49,362 nucleotides of DNA, from NCBI GenBank assembly GCA_041552135.1, contig JBFELL010000001.1:1-49362 (forward strand), read 5' to 3'. Positions 43,801 to 49,362 of the stretch are shown here, in pieces; within the stretch, counting starts at the first letter, position 1; the number at the start of each line of letters is the position of its first letter. A program made the translations under genes and the position numbers. The notes beneath the pieces were generated by a model, which was given only the letters and a program-made list of their open reading frames with translations, ran no database searches and was not told where the DNA came from. This DNA is from Gammaproteobacteria bacterium (GTDB lineage: Bacteria > Pseudomonadota > Gammaproteobacteria > UBA9214).

Positions 43801-44313
43801 GATCCGAACACGCTCGAGTCGCTGCCTGTCGGTGAAGACGGCCTGATCCTGTTCGGTGGCTCACAGGTTATGCTGGGCTACCTCAATGATCCCGGGAAGA
43901 CCGCCGATGTCATCGTGGAGTTGGACGGCAAACGCTGGTACAAGACCGGTGACAAGGGCCATCTCGACCGGGACGGTTTCCTCACCATTGTCGATCGCTA
44001 CTCACGTTTTGCGAAAATCGGTGGCGAGATGATCAGCCTCGGTGCCATCGAAGACGCCATTGGAAAATTGCTGCCGGAAGATGTTGAGGTACTCACCACA
44101 GCACTCCCCGACGGCAAGAAGGGAGAAAAAGTCATTCTCCTGATAGCCGGTGACATCGACAAAGACAGGATGAAGGAGCTGATAGGGCAATCGGGGCTCA
44201 ACCCGTTGATGAGGCCCGAAGTATTTGTCAATGTAGAGGCGATTCCGAAACTCGGCAGTGGCAAGAGTGATTTCAGCCGGGCCAAGCATCTGGCAATGGA
44301 AGCGTGCGCCTGA
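40861..44313 (+). CDS. MFS lysophospholipid transporter / acyltransferase / acyl-ACP synthetase fusion (LplT-Aas type)
   Basis: 1150 aa. About 400 aa of multi-TM MFS region, then a PlsC HX4D motif (GNHISWLD, FPEGA), then an adenylation core (LFSSGSEGEPKGV, YGSTE, GDKG). Confidence 0.9.
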   Translation: MDKLFKLTGFLPFILIIFLNAFVDLGHKILIQNTVFKIYDGQTQIILTAIVNGLILLPFVLLFSPAGYLSDKHQKPLIMKVSAAVAVGLTLLITLSYYRGWFQLSFALTFLLAVQSAFYSPSKYGYIKELTGKEPLAIANAVVQAITIVAILVGIFSFSVFFERSLDGMSYENESQILQAIAPLGWILVMCSSLELMFAMRLPPREAAAAGQHFDVIQYSTGHYLRDNLNKILANRTIWLSIVGLSAFWGISQVVLATFPAFAKETLGESNTVVIQGILACSGFGIIIGSLLAGQSSRHHIETGLVPLGALGIVGALFFLPQLNSNTLLVIDFLLLGICGGMFIVPLNALIQFHARDDQLGTVLAGNNWVQNVVMLAFLCLTVFFAIYGISSIGLFHILTITALAGALYTVYQLPQSLVRYVIARVFSSTYRIKVLGFENLPGTGGVLMLGNHISWLDWAMIQIACPRPVRFVMHQLIYQRWYLKWFLDFFGVIPIAAGQSKDALQQINELLRAGEVVCLFPEGAISRSGQLGEFKHGYERTIEGVDGIILPFYLRGLWGSRFSRSSGKLREIRNTRLRGDVIVAFGKPLPMDTPAHELKRQVLELSIDTWEHHTQTLDPVPLAWLRSAKRRGNEPCLADASAATTLSGYKSMTAVIAFSRLIRRRSPEHNIGLLLPTSSPGIITNMAALLLGRTVVNLNYTASMQSLLVAAGKAEIGSLYTSRRFIRKLEQRGIDLNELLTRVQVHFLEDLKDEIGTFTRLSLLLSAAVLPARVLYALFGRRAGIDQPAAILFSSGSEGEPKGVVLSHRNIMANIRQVSDVLDVRDDDTIMASLPLFHAFGLTVTGLMPLVEGIPVIFHPDPTDVLTIAKAIARHQATVFCGTSTFLRLFSRNRHIHPLMLDSLRVVVAGAERLNPEVRDAFKLRFNKEIYEGYGSTETTPVASVNIPDRIDLRDWKVQQGNKPGTVGMPLPGGSFRIVDPNTLESLPVGEDGLILFGGSQVMLGYLNDPGKTADVIVELDGKRWYKTGDKGHLDRDGFLTIVDRYSRFAKIGGEMISLGAIEDAIGKLLPEDVEVLTTALPDGKKGEKVILLIAGDIDKDRMKELIGQSGLNPLMRPEVFVNVEAIPKLGSGKSDFSRAKHLAMEACA

Positions 44314-44412
44314 TCGAGGCGCTGACGAGGTTCTGACACAGGCCTGCAGAAGCCCCTGCCCCTGCCTGAATCGCGGCTGAAAGCTGTTCCTGCAACGGGG
44401 TTTTACCCCTGA

Positions 44413-44563
44413 CCAGGATCAGTTGTCGGTGATCCCGGACTCACTGGCGCATGCTGGATCGGCTCACACACCCTTGCTACATCATCGAAACGGCAATGAC
44501 AGGTATCGGTTCAGGAACTCGGCCGGCAACGCAAAGAAGGCGGGCAAAACTCGTACCGGATAA
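44413..44563 (+). pseudogene. 3' fragment of an IS21-family istB helper gene, with frameshifts
   Basis: Read across two single-base frameshifts it gives GSVVGDPGLTGA/MLDRLTHPCYIIET/GNDRYRFRNSAGNAKKAGKTRTG-stop. This is the conserved IstB C-terminus (FGDP...LDRL.HH..I.E..G.SYRF). No upstream part of the gene is present. Confidence 0.65.
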
Positions 44564-44594
44564 AACGCCGGGCCATAATCCGTCTCAGAAAGGC

Positions 44595-44700
44595 GGGTCA
44601 AGATTCAATGCAAAACCCGGGTCAATATTCGTTGCAAATCAACAAACAGGGGAATACCCGGAGCGAACCGGGCAAATCGGCGTTTGAGACAAATCGGGAT
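44595..44700 (+). mobile_element. Probable right-end region of the decayed IS21-family element (subterminal direct repeats)
   Basis: GGGTCAAGATTCAATGCAAA at 44595 and GGGTCAATATTCGTTGCAAA at 44619 match at 17 of 20 positions. A third related unit lies near 44670. IS21 ends are known to carry multiple subterminal transposase-binding repeats. The exact terminus was not determined. Confidence 0.45.
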
Positions 44701-45142
44701 CCTGGGCGTATAACCTCGATCATCAGTTCGGCACAGGGGGGTATACCGGTTTTCAGCCAGAATCAGGCTGTATCCTGCTGTAAAAACTTGCGTTATTTCA
44801 TATTTGGCAATGGGTCAGGAATTCATCACAGGCAATTATCAGGGAACTCATCAATACAGTCGAACCCGCTGTTGCAGTCCGGGACCGGGGATGCACAGGT
44901 CGTGCCCGGATCAAGCCGTTTAACCTGCGCCAGGGGCAGGCACACCACGCCTGGATACCCGATCACCTGTGAGCTGTAATGGAATGACTTCGATATCGTT
45001 TCTGCTGGACACAGGGTCAATCGTAAAATCCGCACAGACAGCGGAACAAGGCGGATATCCCTCAGGGAAAACATGGCAGTAATCCAATGGCCGGATTTGC
45101 GTGTATAACCAGCGATAACGCAGCCGCACTAGCGCAGATAAC

Positions 45143-47221
45143 ATGAAAAAACGGCACCTCCTCAAGGCAGCACTGCTACTGGCGTTTATCCTTGCCCCAC
45201 CAGCCCTGTTTGCCCTCGACCCGGCAACAGTCTCTACCGAACATGTGACGGTTACGCTGGTAAGCGAGCGGTCAGGCATCCAGCCAGGCCAGACACTGTG
45301 GATCGGGCTGCATTTCGAGCTGATCCCTCACTGGCACATCTACTGGCGAAATCCGGGAGCATCCGGCAGTGCACCGGTCATCCGCTGGACGCTGCCAGAG
45401 GGGTGGGAGGCCGGCGAGGTCCACTGGCCGGTGCCGAAGCGCATACGGGTCGGGCCGCTCTCCAATTATGGCTATGAGGACAGTGTCGCCTTACTCGTGC
45501 CTGTTCAGGTGCCGCCGTCTCCCCTGCCGGCGGACCCGCAGACCATCACAGCCAATGCCGAATGGCTGGTATGTCGTGTCGATTGCATCCCTGAATCGGG
45601 TCGCCTCACCCTTGAACTCGGTAATGCCGGCAGCGATTCCGGCACGGCGACCGGGACACGTGAACTGTTCAGGGCAACCCGGGCACAGTGGCCCGGGGCG
45701 ATGAGACCGGCGGGCACTTACCGCCTGGATGACGACACGCTGGCAATCTCGGTTGCGATGACCGACGCGATGCCACGCAACCCGGCCGATGTCTGGTTCG
45801 CAGCCACGCAATGGGGACCGGTAGATGCCAGCGGCGCGCAACGCTGGGCACAGGGTACGACAGGTTTTACGCTCACCGTGCCGACCGGTGATTTGCCTCC
45901 CGACGGGAATCGCCCGCTGGAAGGCTTGCTGGTGATGGAATCGGTGCGCGATGCTACGGCGGTGCGAAGCGGCCATTACGTGCGGCTTGCGGCACAGCCG
46001 CCGGCATTATCGAAAAACCGGGATCTGACCCCAATGACAGCCCTGGTTTTTGCCTTCCTCGGTGGACTGATACTGAACATCATGCCCTGCGTTCTGCCGG
46101 TGCTGAGCATCAAGATACTGGGCTTCGTCAGGGAAGCCGGCGCCAGTCGGCAGCGCCTTGCATACCACGGTCTCAGCTACTCTGCCGGTGTGTTGTCCTG
46201 TTTTACCGTGCTTGCTGCCGTGCTGCTGGCGCTGCGCGCGAGCGGTGAATCGCTGGGCTGGGGATTCCAGCTCCAGTCGCCGGTACTGGTTACCCTGCTG
46301 GCCTACCTCATGCTGCTGGTGGGACTGAATCTGGCCGGCGTCTTCTCTGTCGGCGGCACACTCATGAACGCCGGTCAGTCCCTGAGCAGGGTCGGTGGAC
46401 TCCGGGGTACCTTCACTACCGGTGTTCTCGCCACGGTTGTCGCGAGCCCGTGCACTGCGCCCTTCATGGGTGCGGCACTGGGTTACGCCATCACGCGCCC
46501 GGCCCTGGAATCGCTGGCGGTATTTCTCAGCCTCGGCGCCGGCTTTGCCCTGCCCGTTTTTCTGCTGGGCCTGTTCCCGGCCTGGCTTCGGTTCATCCCC
46601 GCGCCGGGAAACTGGATGAAACGCTTTCAGCAGGCACTGGCTTTCCCCATGTTCGCCACGGCAGCATGGTTACTGTGGGTACTCAGTCAGCAGACCGGTA
46701 GCTGGGTCTATGGTGGCGCACTGGCGGGACTGGTGGCGGTTGCCTTCGTTGCATGGCTTTTTGGCCAGTGGCGTCCGGGGGGCTGGCGACTCTGGCTGCT
46801 GGGCGGCTGCACAGCCGCCGCCCTGGTGCTGGTCATCGGCCCGATGCTGGCAGCTGACCCGGCTGCGCAGCCCCACTACGGCAATGACAGGCCCTGGTCC
46901 GAGCAACAGGTACAGGAGCTCACCGCTGCAGGGCGGCCGGTATTCGTCAATTTCACCGCAGCATGGTGCATCACCTGCAAGGTCAATGAGCAGCTGGCCC
47001 TGTCAACGGACAACACGCGTCAGCTGTTCGAAGCCCGATCCATCGCCTACCTGGTTGCCGACTGGACCCGCCGGGATCCTGCGATAACGCGCCAGCTGGA
47101 ACGCTATGGACGCAGTGGTGTACCCCTTTACCTGCTGTATCCACCGGCAGACGGGCAGCCGCTGGTGCTGCCCCAGCTGCTGACCGAAGGCATCGTTGCC
47201 GAAGCCATCGGCAAACTCTAG
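45143..47221 (+). CDS. Protein-disulfide reductase, DsbD/ScsB family
   Basis: Signal peptide, an N-terminal DsbD-N/ScsB-type domain (HWHIYWRNPG), a TM core with MPCVLP and SPCTAPF, and a C-terminal thioredoxin domain with WCITC. Confidence 0.9.
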   Translation: MKKRHLLKAALLLAFILAPPALFALDPATVSTEHVTVTLVSERSGIQPGQTLWIGLHFELIPHWHIYWRNPGASGSAPVIRWTLPEGWEAGEVHWPVPKRIRVGPLSNYGYEDSVALLVPVQVPPSPLPADPQTITANAEWLVCRVDCIPESGRLTLELGNAGSDSGTATGTRELFRATRAQWPGAMRPAGTYRLDDDTLAISVAMTDAMPRNPADVWFAATQWGPVDASGAQRWAQGTTGFTLTVPTGDLPPDGNRPLEGLLVMESVRDATAVRSGHYVRLAAQPPALSKNRDLTPMTALVFAFLGGLILNIMPCVLPVLSIKILGFVREAGASRQRLAYHGLSYSAGVLSCFTVLAAVLLALRASGESLGWGFQLQSPVLVTLLAYLMLLVGLNLAGVFSVGGTLMNAGQSLSRVGGLRGTFTTGVLATVVASPCTAPFMGAALGYAITRPALESLAVFLSLGAGFALPVFLLGLFPAWLRFIPAPGNWMKRFQQALAFPMFATAAWLLWVLSQQTGSWVYGGALAGLVAVAFVAWLFGQWRPGGWRLWLLGGCTAAALVLVIGPMLAADPAAQPHYGNDRPWSEQQVQELTAAGRPVFVNFTAAWCITCKVNEQLALSTDNTRQLFEARSIAYLVADWTRRDPAITRQLERYGRSGVPLYLLYPPADGQPLVLPQLLTEGIVAEAIGKL

Positions 47222-47237
47222 AAACAGGAGAAATGTC

Positions 47238-47846
47238 ATGTTGAAACGTTTTTTTCAGATACCGCTGATCATCACCGTCCTGTATGCCTGTGGTTCGGGC
47301 GCCGCCTTGCGGGTAGGTGAACCCGCCCCCGGGTTCGAGGGCGTGGACACCGGGGGAAATGTCCATCGCCTGGCCGACTACCGCGGCAAAACCGTTGTCC
47401 TGGAATGGACCAATCACGATTGTCCCTACGTCCGCAAGCATTATGGCGCCGGCAATATGCAGGCGCAGCAGCGTGAGGCCGCCGCGCAGGGGGTGGTCTG
47501 GCTATCGATCATTTCCTCGGCCCCGGGCAAGCAGGGCCATGTGAGTCCGGAGGCGGCTGAGGAACTGACCCGAAAACGCAAGGCAGCACCGCTTGCCGTC
47601 ATCCTCGACAGCGAGGGCAGGATCGGCCGGGCCTACCATGCCAGGACGACACCCCATATGTTCATCATCGACGCAACCGGCGTGCTGGTTTACATGGGCG
47701 GCATGGACAGCATCAGCACGGCCAGTCCGGATGACATCCCGCAGGCCACGCAATATGTACGCGCTGCCTTGCAGGAACTGGCTGCGGGCAAGCCCGTCAG
47801 CACCCCGGTTACCAGGCCCGATGGCTGTTCGGTGAAGTACCGGTGA
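47238..47846 (+). CDS. Thioredoxin-fold (peroxiredoxin-like) lipoprotein
   Basis: AGGAG 8 nt upstream of ATG 47238, a lipobox-like LYAC, and redox motif WTNHDCPYV. Confidence 0.75.
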   Translation: MLKRFFQIPLIITVLYACGSGAALRVGEPAPGFEGVDTGGNVHRLADYRGKTVVLEWTNHDCPYVRKHYGAGNMQAQQREAAAQGVVWLSIISSAPGKQGHVSPEAAEELTRKRKAAPLAVILDSEGRIGRAYHARTTPHMFIIDATGVLVYMGGMDSISTASPDDIPQATQYVRAALQELAAGKPVSTPVTRPDGCSVKYR

Positions 47847-47897
47847 ACCCGTGACAGATTCACAGGTCTTAAAATTAACGTTTACCGGAGTCAGACA

Positions 47898-48536
47898 ATG
47901 AACAAAATGACGCGCAGGCGATTTCTGCAGGGCACCACCGCTTTACTGGCCATGCATGCCGTGCCAGTGGCAGCCACCTTGCAAAGCCCTACCCCACGCC
48001 AGTCGGCCGGCCCCTTCTACCCTCGGGATCTGCCACTGGATGATGACAACGATCTGACACAGGTTGCAGGACAGGAACAGACGGCATCGGGCCAGATTGC
48101 AGATCTGGGTGGCCGCATCCTCGATCAGAACGGGCGGCCACTGGACGGGTTGCGCATCGAAATCTGGCAGTGCGACATCAACGGCCGCTACCGGCATCCA
48201 CATGATACGGGCGACCGTCCCATCGACCCGGCTTTCCAGGGCATCGGGCATACCATCAGCGACAGGCAGGGTCGCTACCGGTTCCGGACCATCCGCCCGG
48301 TGCCGTATCCCGGACGAACACCCCACATCCACGTGGCGGTCTTCCCCGCAGGTGAAAAGCCCTTTACCACGCAGCTCTATGCCGCAGGCGATCCCCGTAA
48401 CGCGAGTGACTTTCTCTACCAGCGTGTACCTGAAGCCTGGCGTCACCTGGTGATAACAGAATTCAAACCCTCTGGCGCAGCTGATATCGATTTCACCGCC
48501 ACATGGGATATCGTGATGGCTGCCAGACCGGGCTGA
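47898..48536 (+). CDS. Tat-exported intradiol ring-cleavage dioxygenase-like protein
   Basis: Twin-arginine leader TRRRFLQG, plus GPFYP, IEIWQCDINGRYRH and PYPGRTPHIH. Confidence 0.8.
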   Translation: MNKMTRRRFLQGTTALLAMHAVPVAATLQSPTPRQSAGPFYPRDLPLDDDNDLTQVAGQEQTASGQIADLGGRILDQNGRPLDGLRIEIWQCDINGRYRHPHDTGDRPIDPAFQGIGHTISDRQGRYRFRTIRPVPYPGRTPHIHVAVFPAGEKPFTTQLYAAGDPRNASDFLYQRVPEAWRHLVITEFKPSGAADIDFTATWDIVMAARPG

Positions 48537-48616
48537 GTCCAGGGATCATCAGCAGGGCATTCACCGTGCATCCGGCCTTGCAGTTTTGTTGGTGCCGATC
48601 TGGCATCCGTGGCACG

Positions 48617-49362
48617 TCACCGATACAACATCACCGCTTCCCGCCCGGCGATCCATGCCGCCTCGTCTGCCCCGGCAAGGACTTCCAGGTCAGCCGGCGT
48701 GGCCTGCGGGTCGTCCACCCACTGGCGAAGGAGTTCACTGCCATTGATCAGATCGATGGCAAGGCGGTCGACCTCGTACTCGTAGGGGAAGTCTCGCCAA
48801 AGCGGGTAATCCGGCTGCTGCCGACGCAGGGCCTTGAAGGCCAGGGCCATCAGCCGCCAGGGACGGAAGGCGCCATGATCATAGGCCCCGTCCTCCACAT
48901 GGATCTGCACCCCGGCGCACAGCTTTCCCGCGTGCTTGTGGAAGGTGGGTTCGAACCAGCACTCGCGCAGCCGGCATCCCTGCAGCCACTGGGGAGCCAG
49001 TTGCTGCATCTCCGCCAGGAGCTTCCGGGGTTCCAGGTCCGGTGCCCCGAACAGTTCCAGGGGCCGGGTGGTGCCACGCCCCTCCGACAGGGTTGTGCCC
49101 TCCAGCATGACCGTGCCGGCATAGCAACGAGCCATCCAGAGATTGGGCGCGTTGGGACTGGGGTTGATCCAGCTGCGCTCGCCCAGGGGCCAGCCATAGC
49201 CCGGCCCGTTCCCCGGCGCCCAACCCTCCATGGTCACCACCTCGCATTCCACGTCCAGGTCCAGGGTACGCACAAACCACAGGGCCAGTTCGCCCATGGT
49301 GAGGCCGTGGCGCATGGGCAGGGGACCCGCGCCCACGAAACTCTCCCAGCCTGGACGCAGGA
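48617..49362 (-). CDS. DUF1343 / NamZ-like exo-muramidase family protein (N-terminus beyond window end)
   Basis: The frame is open to the window end. The motif SFVGAGPLPMRHGLTMGELA is typical of DUF1343. Confidence 0.75.
   Translation of the reverse strand, partial: LRPGWESFVGAGPLPMRHGLTMGELALWFVRTLDLDVECEVVTMEGWAPGNGPGYGWPLGERSWINPSPNAPNLWMARCYAGTVMLEGTTLSEGRGTTRPLELFGAPDLEPRKLLAEMQQLAPQWLQGCRLRECWFEPTFHKHAGKLCAGVQIHVEDGAYDHGAFRPWRLMALAFKALRRQQPDYPLWRDFPYEYEVDRLAIDLINGSELLRQWVDDPQATPADLEVLAGADEAAWIAGREAVMLYR

Noticed and set aside
44826-45074. 82-aa minus-strand ORF with a Cys-rich C-terminus in the spacer before the DsbD-like gene
   Set aside because: It has no ribosome-binding site, no signal peptide and no family match that I can recall. 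It lies in DNA flanking a decayed IS end.

Overview
A 49.4-kb, visibly GC-rich bacterial chromosomal segment. Gram-negative hallmarks are an outer-membrane barrel ending in Phe, a DsbD-type reductase and an LplT-Aas fusion. I support about 40 protein-coding genes and saw no rRNA, tRNA or CRISPR array. There are four blocks. (1) Bases 3220-17105: 17 genes, all on the minus strand. They comprise a His-tract outer-membrane barrel, a ferredoxin-FNR reductase, an ACAD-fold flavoprotein, a soluble PAS kinase and a FixJ-type regulator. These are followed by an AlkB/XylM-family membrane di-iron hydroxylase with an unusual partner set: a truncated haemoglobin, a small mono-cluster Fe-S protein, a second XylA-type reductase, three paralogous GST-like proteins and small membrane proteins. 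This is my best candidate for an undescribed oxidative system, but its substrate and chemistry are inference only. (2) Bases 17743-32280: ftsH and a COG2403-type P-loop protein, then a complete Clostridium-type oxidative ornithine pathway (ord-ortA-ortB-oraS-oraE-orr). The pathway sits with alanine racemase, ornithine carbamoyltransferase, carbamate kinase and a divergent alanine dehydrogenase. (3) Bases 32393-44313: rtcA, a phosphoribosyltransferase, and two different lipid-reacylation fusion proteins (ACP-FAAL-acyltransferase and MFS-acyltransferase-acyl-ACP synthetase). It also holds a PflX-like radical SAM gene with two small partners and an alkaline-phosphatase-family gene. (4) Bases 44413-49362: a decayed IS21-family end, then a periplasmic redox set (DsbD/ScsB-like protein, thioredoxin-fold lipoprotein, Tat-exported intradiol-dioxygenase-like protein) and a partial DUF1343/NamZ-like gene. 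Intergenic DNA carries REP-like hairpins and a 77-nt dispersed repeat pair. Many long ORFs in the supplied track are antisense shadows of real genes in GC-rich DNA and were rejected. All family assignments come from motifs I recognise by eye; no database search was run.
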